A DNA stretch of 64,000 bases from Nageia nagi (taxonomy: Eukaryota; Plantae; Pinophyta): the NCBI GenBank assembly GCA_050084985.1, contig JBITNC010000001.1, positions 97,836,001-97,900,000 of the forward strand. The letters are read 5' to 3'. The notes below the pieces were generated by a model that saw nothing but the letters and a program-made list of their open reading frames with translations, did not search any database and was not told the origin of the DNA. Within the stretch, counting starts at the first letter, position 1; the number at the start of each line of letters is the position of its first letter. Positions 53,201-64,000 of the stretch are shown piece by piece. Made by a program: the position numbers and the translations under genes.

Positions 53201-56200
53201 TACAATCTAGCTAAAAGCAGGAAATGCAGGGGTGAGAAACCCCAGAAACTTAAAAAGCAAAACCAAGAAGCACTAAAGCTATGCTACAGTACATCAAGAA
53301 ACCAAAAGGACCAATAGCCTCAATCATCAAATGTAGATCCAATCACTCTAGGTATAGAGGGCCCAGGGATGGAAGGGCTAAGCAGGGCTCATGAATCTCT
53401 CTCAACATCTAAGACCAAAGGAACACCCATGAAGGAGAAAAAGCCAATGATGTACATCTGTCATCCAAGCTATGACTGTCTGGTAGCGGTCCGAGGGGCA
53501 AGACGATGTCATGTCGATCTAAGGTCATGGGTATGCGGAAGAGCACCATCTGGAGGGCGTTTCCTATCTATGAGACTCGAGATAGGTTGGAAGAAGGAAC
53601 TGATCAACCTGGAGGTTTGGGGGACCTTCGTGGATCTTTGTAAAGATGCTCGCTTGAAAAGAATAATCTCACACATGAAGAGTGCTAGACATCTCTGGTC
53701 AAGGTAGCGAAAGAAGGTGGATACGAAGCCCCGAGACTCTCTGAATAAGCAGTAATATCGCCCTCAGATCTCATAGTAGATGGGGCATATGAAGATTTGG
53801 TGCTCCTCGTTCTCTATCTCTTGTAGAGAACAAAGGTGGCAAGTTCTATCCGTCCGAGGGATATGATGATCAACCTCGATATGAAGCTGGTGTGAGCAAA
53901 CTCGAAGCTGGCCAAGAGGAACCTGAAAGACCACTGGTGTTGGAGGTAGGTTGGCATGACAAAGAGGCGATTAGCGAGTTGCAAAAAATGCTCGGCGTAG
54001 AAAGCCAGCTTGGGGCTGAGAGGATGCGGGGGAGAGATCCAAGTGACCTGAATATAGTGGCGATAGATATCCTCTCTAATAGATTGATGGAGTGTCACCC
54101 TTGAAGGTTGCGGGGTAGCCAACGTGGGGATGAAGGATGGGAGTCAATCAATCGAAATGCCGACCGATTATAGTATCAAATCAGCCTCGAAGTAGCAGCA
54201 CTGTTTAAGCCTAGTAGTGCCAAGTAATGCAATCCTCTCTAATAAGCATAAAGCAAGAAAAGGATACCTCTCACGACCAGTGGCAGATTCGCCAAACTGT
54301 CTGAGTCTATGGATGACGGACCCAAGCCTAAATATGGTCTTAAGGCGAAGCGGCGGGACGACAAACTCACTATGGACAATGCACTAGGGAACTATCCACT
54401 TACAATGGATCATATGCTAGAGCATAATGGTCTGAACTCTCTCAATGCGTGACTACTCAATCGGCCCAAAGCTAGGGCCCCAGACCTCTGAACCATAGAG
54501 AACGTTAGGTGTAATGAGGGTATCAAACAAGCGTATCTTCGAAGGGATATCCTAGGAGTGTATCTGGAAGCATTGGCGTTCCAAGATGAAGAGTGAAGCA
54601 TATCCCTTGCTGAGACGTGTCTGTGAGGCTGGCTTCAAGCTAAAAGATGGCCCAAAGAACTAAACTCCCAAGTGTTTGTAAGCGGTGGAAATCTCAACCA
54701 TCTCACCTTTATAGTAAAAATGGAAGCTGGATAGAGTAGCCCTATAGGTATTAAAGATCATGGCCTTGGTTTTACTAGGGTTGACTGTGAGTTGTTTCTT
54801 GTCGCAAAAAAGGGCAAGAGCATCTAACTGTCGCTAGAGGCCCTCTGGGGAGTGTGATAGGAGGATCACATCATCTGCAAAAAGTAGTATAGCAATCTGA
54901 ATATGGTAAAGTAGACAACTATCATTTGTGTCTGTGTGTAGCCAAAGGAAGTCCTTTAGGTCATCAATGTATAAGCCAAAGAGAGTGGGTGATAGAGGGC
55001 ACCCCTACCTAACCCCAATAGTGCTAGAGACCCTATCAGAAAAACCATCGGCTTTCTAAAAACGACCAACAACTATCTCGTAGAGTCTCAAAATGGTAGT
55101 AACAAAGGTGTCAGAGATACCAATAGTCTATAGTCTCTGGAAGAGTAGATGTCGCGGGACTATGTTGAAGGCCTTCCTAAAGTCAAGATAACAATAGAAG
55201 ACCTTAGAGGACCTTTGTCGAGCTTCCTCAATGATAGCTCGAAGTGTGAAAATATGGTCAATAGTCTGAAAATCTCTCCTGAACCCAACCTGCCCTCGTG
55301 CTCGGAGACCACTCTCCTCCAGGTGATCTGATAACATCATGTCTAAAATTGTGGCATAGAGCTTGTCAAAGGTGTGCTCGATCATGATGGTCCTTAATTG
55401 TTCGAGTCGGAACAATCTCTGCCTTGTGGATGGGATGAATGATGTGTTGTGACCAATAAGGGAGGAACCAACACATGACTCATTAAATAAGTCAGCAATG
55501 GGAGGCAAGTATGTCACTTCCATATTTCAAAACTCAATCTACAGACCTCATAATCAGCTGCCTTTCCAGCACAGATTTTGAATGCTCTTGATAGCTTTAT
55601 ACAAATAGCTAGCATGAGGGAGAGGGCGAAGAGATGTGCGAAGTGTGATGGCGAGGACATCATAAAGTGAACAAGCATAAGAAACCCAAGATTGAGGATC
55701 GATGTCAAAAGGGGGGGTTTCCTCGGGAGTAGGTTGTGCCAAAAGGTCTTGGGGAGTAGTGGAGGGAGTCGATGAGGGATTGTCAAGTAGTGGCAAGAAA
55801 CTGGCATTTCTTGTGATGAAGGAGCCCACGATATCCGCCCTGACGAAAGGCATAGAAGACAAGTCATGGGTGAAGGTGAAACGGAGTCTCTGGTGCATGG
55901 ACTTACAATCTGCATCGAACCAATGATTCCTGAGACAGGATCCAGGACAACGGGGAGGACGGGAGTGACAGGTCTGATGGGGGAAAGTGTTGAGGGCTGC
56001 CTCCCAAAGGACATTGGATAAGAACTCATAAGTGGTAGTAGTAGAGACGATGGAGGGAGAAGGAGATAGCTTGGGCTTGGTAGCAAGGAGTGCGGAGAGA
56101 TAGGTAGTGTACTAGTCGACCAGATCGATGCTAAAGAGGATAGTGTGAAAGCAAGAGCATGGGGGGCTCAAGGAGGGGGGTGGATAAGAGGGTGGTGTGG

Positions 56201-59200
56201 GGTTGAGGTTCATGAGGAGACTAAAGGAGATGGCTGCATGATCAGCAAGGGGGAGGCAGTGAGAGACAGAGAGATCTTGCATATGTGTAAGCAAATGCAT
56301 GCTAGCCAAGAAATAGTCCACTACACTCGCTCCTCCACTGTGGGGAAAACATGTGAATCCACCAAAGTCAGGAAAGCACAGAAGCCATTAAGAATGAAAA
56401 GTCCATGGGACTCAACAAGGTGAAGTAGGTGTCGGCCATAGGCTGTAATAGGAGCATTCCTATTTGCTGACATCCTCTGCATGCCAAAATCACATAGGTC
56501 CTGCTCTCGTGTACAAAACGCATCATCTTCTAGCTCATGTATAGGTGTCTGACAATCCCCTATCCTGGCATTAAAATCTCCTAAGATGATGATATCTCCC
56601 ATAGAAGAAAAATGTGTGATGTCCCTATAGAGGTCTATGAATGGGTCTCCATCTGTGTGAAGAGCATACGAATAGGAAGCAGGTGGGAAGCAGCAAACAG
56701 CAAGAAAGACATCTTGATCAGTAAAAAGGCTACTCTAAATCTGATCCATATGAATCGTGCGTGGGGGTCTGGTGATAGTAGGGAGATGAGAGAACGAAGA
56801 GCATCTCAGATGAGGCAAGCTACACCTCCTGACCCTCGGACCCCTCCTGTGCGTCAAGTGTCCTGTCTAAATGCCGAAAGCCAATAGAAACCTATGACGT
56901 TGGGGAGTGCTCGTTCGGGGCTCTTGTGAGTCTCTATAAGAAAGATAAGGTCTCGAGAAGATATCACATCCTTCGAAGGTGCCCAGTGAGGACCACATTG
57001 CACCATTACAATTCCAACAAGCAATGTTGACCCTGTCATTGCGTACCGAGACTTGAGAACACCGTCATGCAGGCGGCCAAGGACATGACCAACAAGATGG
57101 GGGGGAGTCATGAATCACCACTCTACAGTCACGAATAATAGCCCATTTGTTGTCTTTTCTTGCAACAACAACTAGAGTGCGATACCATCCAATGGATTTG
57201 GCTAAGGGGGCTATAGTGTCCTTCTATAGCCATGAAGAGAAGAGATACCATCCCATTTGGGACATCATTGACTATAGATGGTCAAACCAACTTCATAGGC
57301 CATTACATGTAGTGAGGTACTACTTGAACCCAAATTTTTCTATGATGAAACTTTTGAGATGGATGGGGAGGTTTCGACGAGCTTTCACATTTGCATGCAT
57401 CGTATGGTTGTTGACTGATCTGTAAACCCTACTACAGGATTTAATTTGGATCTTCACACTTTGTTCATTTTAGTGCTTGTAGAAATAAAAATACACACCA
57501 AATCAAAAACACACAAAATGATGTACACACATAGTTACCTTGGTTCGACCAATATGGTCTACATCCAACAAATAGCAACCAATTATTGTAGATTCCATTT
57601 TACAATGTCACTTGTATGATCCTTCTTGCTTCTCTTTTTTGTTTGTCGAAGTCGAATCACACGATCACTGTAGGCCCTCCACTGAATCCTTTTCTTGAAG
57701 ACGACTATTTTTTCAACAAAAGTCCTATGCATAGTTCCAGTCTCTTGTCCCGGGATGGCATTTTTAGAACTACTTTGTCTTTTTTCTTTCCATCAGGGCA
57801 ATTATGTTGTCTACTTCTTTTCCATGGAAATAATCTTGTCCATGTTCTTTTTCTTTTTCTATGCAAGCTTGAAATGCACCTCCAATATTACTCTCATGGT
57901 TATATTATTTTCCATGGAGTTTACAATAAAATAGAGTCTTCTACATTCTTCTCATACCTACACTAACTCACTCCCTTGGAAGGAAATCCACACTAAAGAA
58001 CTTTTCCTTTTATAACATTAAGGGATTACAAATTTGGAGTTTATGGTTACATGGTGATAAGATAATATTTGTTATTTTTTCTCCTTTACAATATCCTCTC
58101 TCATCCTCATAACAATAATCTCCCTCATTTATATTCTTGTAGCATTGTTTTGGCCTCATATGGTTATTTATATTCTCCTATCTTTTTGGATTTTGCAAAA
58201 TTGTCAATATTGCTTCTAGTGCCATTTTGGCATAACCACAACTTCATGACCATAATTCTAAATGTCACGAAATTTCATCCAGGTGTTCTTGGATATAATT
58301 ATCTTAACTGGTCCAAATTCCATGCTTCAAATCATTATTGGTAGCTCCAAGCATCATCATCAAGTTGGCCTCCAATGCAGATTTGCAACTGGCAGCTGTC
58401 AAAACTTTGATTGTCATAAACACAGAATGATAATTTACCATTTTGTGAACGCCATAACTTTCAATTATTTAATCTAAATGACTTCAAATTTTAACATGTT
58501 CACCATAATACAAGGTACCAATGATTCAAATTTCAAGTTATGAATCAACCCGAGCTCCTCCTAGTGAGTTCGTCAATAGAGCCTTCCAAGCATATTTTGC
58601 ATTTTTTTTTATATTTAACTTCAAATTTTGAAAAACCATAACTTACAAACCATAGCTCCGTTTTATTTGCCATTTGAAGCATTGGAATCGCGTAAGATAG
58701 CTCTTTAATATGGAAGAGAATAATTAACAAAATTACAAACTTGAAAAATCACCTTTTTTTAAGACTCCAAAATCCAGTTCGGATCATTGACCAATACATG
58801 AAAGACATTCTCATGGATAAGCTACAAATTTATAAGAAAGCAAAAGGCTACCTTTTCTCTTCTCCACAATGCATCCATGCAAGGACAACTCAAGCTCCAA
58901 GTAAGACACAACTTGCTAATAGTTTATTAATTTATTTTAAATTTAAATTTTTAATGAATTGTTCAGTAATAAAACATAAGTCAGAATTTGATTTTTTTTT
59001 TTTAATTTCTTTCAATTTTTTAAATCTAAGGTGGGAGGATTATGCCGCTAGAATGTCAAATCTACAAAAGCTTGCAAACAAAATTTGGTACCAAGTACCA
59101 ACCATGTAATGGTTCTAGATTTGAATGAAATTGAAGAACCTTTAAACATATACACTCAAAGAAGCTCAACAGCAGTTAAATGGCTTAATGTTTGTGCATT

Positions 59201-62200
59201 AAAACCTTTGCCTTCACCATAGGCAGATTCAGGGAACCAATAATAAGGCGATTGAAGTGGATGTAATTTATCCACAATCAGATTCGATATTGGATTAGCT
59301 AAGGGAGGTAGATCCTCTTATTTATTTCAGCTTCAAGGAGTTTTCTGCCATAGAACAACAAACTATTGTGATGGTGGAGTAAAGAGGCACAGGTTGTAGA
59401 AGAGCACAAGAGACACCTCAACAACCAAAAGTAGAATTGCAAAAGAGAAGGCACAGATCAAAGGCCAATGAAAAGCTGATTTTATTTGTAATGATACGCA
59501 TAGAAAGCTTTATGTTTTGCTATATATTTTGGTGAAGAATAATAGAAAATACTGAAATTTATTTTCTATTATGTTCTTTGATGTGGAATGTATCTAATAG
59601 TTGAATAATGGTGGTAATTTGGCATGTTATGAATTCAATTTATGTGAGATGACATAAAAATATTTTTTATATGTGAAAATGTGTATATTCTTCAGGTTTT
59701 TTTTGCCTAATATTTCCGGAGTCAAACAGCTTGCCAAGTACTCTTTGAATCTGAGTCTTAATACGATCACAAAAACACATGATACAAGAGATTCAGGTGG
59801 AGAAATCCGCTTGGCAAGAAACTCCACAGTCACAATATAATACAGATTTATTTCTTCAAATTGCTGCCATTACATAAGCTGGCATTGATATATCTCACTT
59901 TGCACGTTAAATTCCAGTGCCTACATTCTCTTGGAGGTTCTACAATAACTCTCCTTGCCCCTCTACTAAAACTCTTTGAGATTTAAATGTGCTTCTGAGA
60001 AAGAAAATATTTTTTGAAACAATGAATACGTTTTATTTCTGTAAGTCATTCTACATGTTTTATTTCTTTGTTGGTGTTTGCAATGCACAATCTTATTCCG
60101 TACAAAAGGGCTCCTTTTGGAAATTTCAGCATGCCATTTTGCATTATGAACAATTCCTAAGAAAAAAACCATGTATAATAATTGCTTTCATACTGGGACA
60201 AAACTGTCATTGTATAACATAACCAGCTCAAGATACTTAAAGACCTTACTGATTATTTTATGGCTATGGCGGCATATTATCCACTGGTGAGAAACAAGGA
60301 GTTGATAACCTCAACTAGAAATAGAGGGGAGTCTCTGCAAAAAAAAACTATTAATGGAGAGATTATAGTATTTTATCCTCTTTGGCCTTCACGTTCTCTC
60401 AACTGTTCTTCAAGTTCTTATGCTATTTTACATTAAATATTCTTCAATTTGGACCTTTTAAGCCCTTTAAATTTTCTTATTTTCCATAGCAGCCATACTT
60501 GTGGTGGGTAATTCATGTGAAAATTTTGGGTAATCAAAATTTGTAAAAAGATGTTAGAATCACATTCAATGCAGCAAATCTCATAATTAAGGCTACATTA
60601 AAGATCAGGATAGTCTGCCTCATCTGCTCATATATATGACCAAGAAGTCATAGTTAAGTTTAGAAAAAGTGATTCTTACCTTCTAGATTAGACATATGCC
60701 AGGCATTAAATCATGATGTATGGTCAAGCTTGTATATAGTTCTTTAATATGCTAATTTGAATGTATTTGTTCATGCTTTATCTTTGAGATAACTTTGTGT
60801 CAACCTCAGAAATAGGCTTGAAAGGCATTACAAATATTCACAAGGTGCTCTGTTTATCTAAAAAACCTATTGTTCGGCTTCTCTTTGCTGTGCACAATAA
60901 CCACAGCCAAAATTGTCCCCGCAAGCAATATTGAATGTTTGATTACTTATGTCGCCCTCTGAAAAATAGGTATAAACCACATTGTTAATTAAACAAGTTT
61001 AATACATTAAAGACATGTTCTATCATGGTTCGTGCAGTAAAGTAAGTTTCTACATTACGATACTTTTTTCTCTTCCATTTGTTACTTCACAGGCTGAACG
61101 TGGTTCTGGCTAGAAAGTATTCCAAATCAATCTCTCTCCCTCTTTATCAAAACTGTTGCAAAATATATTCCATGTTTCTGAAAACAAGGTGGAATGAGTC
61201 CTGCAGTATAACTTTTTCTTAAAAGTGTAATTATCCGTAATGCAAACAAGATGTGCTTTAAGTTTAGATCAAATGAAAATAAGTTGTTCAATTAGAATGT
61301 CATGGCATAAAAAAGTGGAAAAATGCTTTAAGAGACAGCGAAGCAAGTTTTTCTTTTTTATTTTGAGCAAATACTTTTCACTGGCAGAATCATAGTTGTC
61401 ACACTTTTGACTCGGCTCAGACTCAATATTACTTATTACTTATTATTGTTATTTGTGTGTTCTAGAAACCTACTTACTAAACATCAACATTATACAATTT
61501 ACAATATATATAATTACAAATAAAAAAATGGCAAATAAGAATGGATGTTTGTTTGTATACATCTAAATGTTAAAACTTCACAATACAAAATGTACCTATG
61601 ATGGCTGCAAAATACAGAATCACACAATCCATGATGGTTGCAAACTTCAATTTTTCATTTTACTTTTCCCTTTGTCCTACTATAAGCTATAAGCATCCTT
61701 TATGCCTGAGATATGGAACCGAATCCAACTGCCTCTTCCTGAGCCCTTTGCTCATCCTGCCTTTTTAGCGCCAACTCCTTTCCTAGATATTCAAGATTCT
61801 CAAAAAGAAAATTCGTTATAACAGAGAGAAATCGTATTTTTTGGTGTAAAATGTCTCTTGCCCTCTCATTAACCCTTTTCCTAGCAACTGCAAAGTGAAA
61901 AATAACAATGGAGGATTCTTTTGTTTTTATGTTACTTTTTCAATTTTTATTTCGTTGGAGTCGACAAGTCCTGACATCGGGACTCGCCAAACTCTCCAAA
62001 CCTAGGACTCCCCCAGACTACACTGGGTGGAACTGGCGATGAATCAACTTGGCCTCTCAAGCTTTTACTAATGTCAATATAACCTTCTTTTAGTTGCCAT
62101 GACTGAGGGGTACTATTTTGTCAAAATCGTCCTGGCCTTTCACCTGATCTTTTGCTATTGTCAAACATTGTTATAAGTTTCTCTAAGACATAACCCCACA

Positions 62201-63260
62201 CAATGAGGTGGTCAAACTACTCAGTACAATTATCAGGGTTCCTACACCTACAACACCCCACTCCAGCACTCTACAGCAACCATGATATCTTATCGATTTC
62301 ATTAACAGTTCACCAACATGTGGCCTGATGGTTAATGTGGATGCTTACCACTACAGTGATATAGGTACAATTACTGTCAATCATCCCTTATTCCTGACCA
62401 CAAAGATGTGGAATTTCCAAGCAGTGTCAATGCCATCAATGTCTTACTAAAAATGTTGAGGGTGTAGCCAAGTCTCGTAATCTTTTAAGTCTAATCAAGG
62501 GGTGTTGGCTATATAAGCAAAAACAAAATTCATTAGGAAAACCCAATCAGAAGAGCATGGACTTAAAGAAATTCTTGATGTACTTCAACTGGGTCTGCCA
62601 AACAGCCTCTTTACGACAATAACCTCATTGATTACGTGTAAAAAAGCGAAATGAATCTAAACTACATTGTTTCAACTCTAAATAACGATACTACATCAAC
62701 AAAAACTTTCAATCCAATATTTTGCTAGCAGTTCAAACAAAAGGGTATAAAAATTGCACTTCCCCTGTATTACTACCCAAACAGTTGAAACTAACTAATC
62801 ACAACTGTTGGTCAAACAGGCGCTAATCCTAAAACCTTAAATCAATCCCATAAAACCATTTTACTACTAAAAAGCAATTAAATTACTGTCAAAGCCTAAC
62901 AATGAAGAATCAAAGCAACCATACCTGTTTATTGACATCAGGGTGATACTTGAGGGCTAATTTCCTATAAGCCTGCTTGATTTCTTGTGCAGATGCAGAT
63001 GGAGGTACTCCCAACACCTCATATGGTGATTCCTCCTTCCTTGCTCTCACAGGGATTAATCCGCCTCTACTGGGCCATCTCGTTCTTCTACTACTACGTT
63101 TACTATAACTAGCATTAATGTTATTTTTAATATTAGTGTTGTAAAGGTTAAGGGGTAGGAGGACAGGCCCAAGAGGGGCTCCCATGGGTGTGTTTATCTG
63201 CAGTCCCCACCTCGGCAGGGGGCCTCCTAGAGCACCGTGGCTACAATGGCATGCTAACAT
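44046..63260 (-). CDS. Plastid-type J-domain (DnaJ) protein, At5g59610/DJC73-like; exons 62925-63260, 49638-49799, 49345-49377 (microexon), 49118-49211, 44046-44279
   Basis: Transit-peptide-like N-terminus, then [23 protein letters not shown] | [23 protein letters not shown] | [26 protein letters not shown] | [32 protein letters not shown]. All GT-AG sites are present. Two apparent 1-nt deletions (see findings). Confidence 0.88.
45900..46950 (-). mobile_element. Possible ancient L1 remnant in the last DnaJ intron
   Basis: The reverse-strand peptide [11 protein letters not shown] near 46750-46790 resembles the L1 C.PK..GGLG motif; the rest is very decayed. Confidence 0.25.
49118..49211 (-). 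CDS. DnaJ gene, exon 4
   Basis: CAG|AAGACTTCTTCCAG...GAACTTGCT|GTACGT; 94 nt where the phases require 95. Confidence 0.85.
49345..49377 (-). CDS. DnaJ gene, 33-nt microexon ([11 protein letters not shown])
   Basis: CAG|GTGAATTTTTG...TATATAG|GTAGAT; phase 1-1 and frame-preserving. Confidence 0.7.
49638..49799 (-). CDS. DnaJ gene, exon 2
   Basis: CAG|CCTAATGCCCAG...GGATTGG|GTAAG; 162 nt where the phases require 163. Confidence 0.88.
53140..57189 (-). mobile_element. RTE/RTEX-like non-LTR retrotransposon (APE endonuclease, RT, C-terminal CCHC), decayed
   Basis: APE motifs [23 protein letters not shown] and DYFL..DH. RT motifs [30 protein letters not shown] and LLFADD. C-terminal [15 protein letters not shown]. 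Short TTCTAT-type 3' tail. It splits the hAT frame with CAAT on both sides. Confidence 0.9.
57416..58786. mobile_element. Solo LTR (1,371 bp), TSD TTGAC
   Basis: TGATCTG...CGGATCA termini. TTGAC at 57411-57415 and 58787-58791. Removing it restores the hAT peptide [16 protein letters not shown]. Confidence 0.8.
62925..63260 (-). CDS. DnaJ gene, exon 1 (contains the HPD motif)
   Basis: ORF 62910-63260; donor AAACAG|GTATGG. Confidence 0.92.
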
Positions 63261-64000
63261 TTGCTTCTGTGCATTTGGAAGCCAGGAAAATTGAGCTTTT
63301 GCTTTGATGGGTAATAGTTTTTCTTTTCTTCTTACTATCTAATACAGTTGATTCATATTTGTTATTATATAGATAAGGATCACGAAGGTTCTTCCCTTAT
63401 GAAATATTTATAGCAGGACGGTTTTTTTTTTGTTGTTTCCTAGATTAAATTATAAGTATTAGAAAAGAGTAAATGTGTGTTATAGGATTTTTGGTATGTT
63501 TTAATATTTAGAAGTAGAGTTTTGAACTTTGAATTTATTTTATGAAAGCTTTCAACTACTCATCTTTCCAACTTTTTTATACATCAATGCATATTTTTTT
63601 CATAGTTGATTTTGTAAGAATTGTAAGTTTTATTTTTTTTAAATATTTTATATATGTTTTTTTTATCTTTTATATTAAAGAGTCAATAATCATTTTGGTA
63701 CATTAAAGATTAGTTTGAGGTTGAGTTAATTGTACTTAAAATAGTTATAGATTTAAGAAAAAGTACATTAAGGATTAGATCAATTTAGGGATTGCATAAG
63801 ATCACCTTTCCAAATGGATCGAATTTAGCTTTCTAAAGTGCATGAATAAGCCTATTTAAAGTTGCATGATTTGATTTGCTCATGAAAGCTAAGTGTCTTA
63901 CTTTGGAGGAAAAAAATAATTCTAACCTTTATAAACGTTTTGACAAAGTTAAAGGCCAACATGGTAGTATTAGTTGATTCAAAGTGTTTTCCAATTTAAG

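Larger units (their letters stand above)
50880..59835 (+). mobile_element. Decayed hAT transposon (BED finger, DUF659, hAT dimerisation domain) in DnaJ intron 1; ends approximate
   Basis: BED-like DPIWKH..TICNYY..RMKYHVA near 51775-51920. [40 protein letters not shown] and PMGYIYE follow. The frame resumes at 57190 ([27 protein letters not shown]) and at 58790-59200 (WEDY..NLQKLA). TIRs were not resolved. Confidence 0.85.

Noticed and set aside
57421-58030. Smaller LTR bounded by TGTAAACCCT/AGGGATTACA
   Set aside because: It has no TSD, whereas the larger 57416-58786 unit has a perfect TTGAC TSD and restores the hAT frame.
61950-62110. Possible MITE remnant in intron 1
   Set aside because: TIRs and a TSD could not be identified.

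Overview
AT-rich, TE-dense plant nuclear DNA. The very long introns, solo LTRs and heavy C>T/G>A decay look like a gymnosperm, but the host is an inference. One host gene is present: a plastid-type J-domain (DnaJ) gene on the minus strand (44046-63260, five exons), similar to Arabidopsis At5g59610/DJC73. Its 13-kb first intron holds a decayed hAT transposon interrupted by an RTE/RTEX-like LINE and a solo LTR. The main finding is two inverted, decayed copies of a 10-12 kb DNA transposon (954-11390 on +, 27532-39821 on -). It has GGG...CCC TIRs and a 4-bp TSD confirmed by an empty paralogous site in this window. It encodes a Sola2-type DDD transposase and a second, convergently oriented multi-exon gene of unknown function, a layout reminiscent of MuDR. 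Copy B sits inside a tandem LTR-int-LTR-int-LTR non-autonomous retroelement (23865-43196, TSD TGTAG). The window also has nested solo LTRs, a ~150-bp tandem array, two hairpins and microsatellites. All alignments were made by eye, no identities were computed, and family assignments come from recalled motifs.
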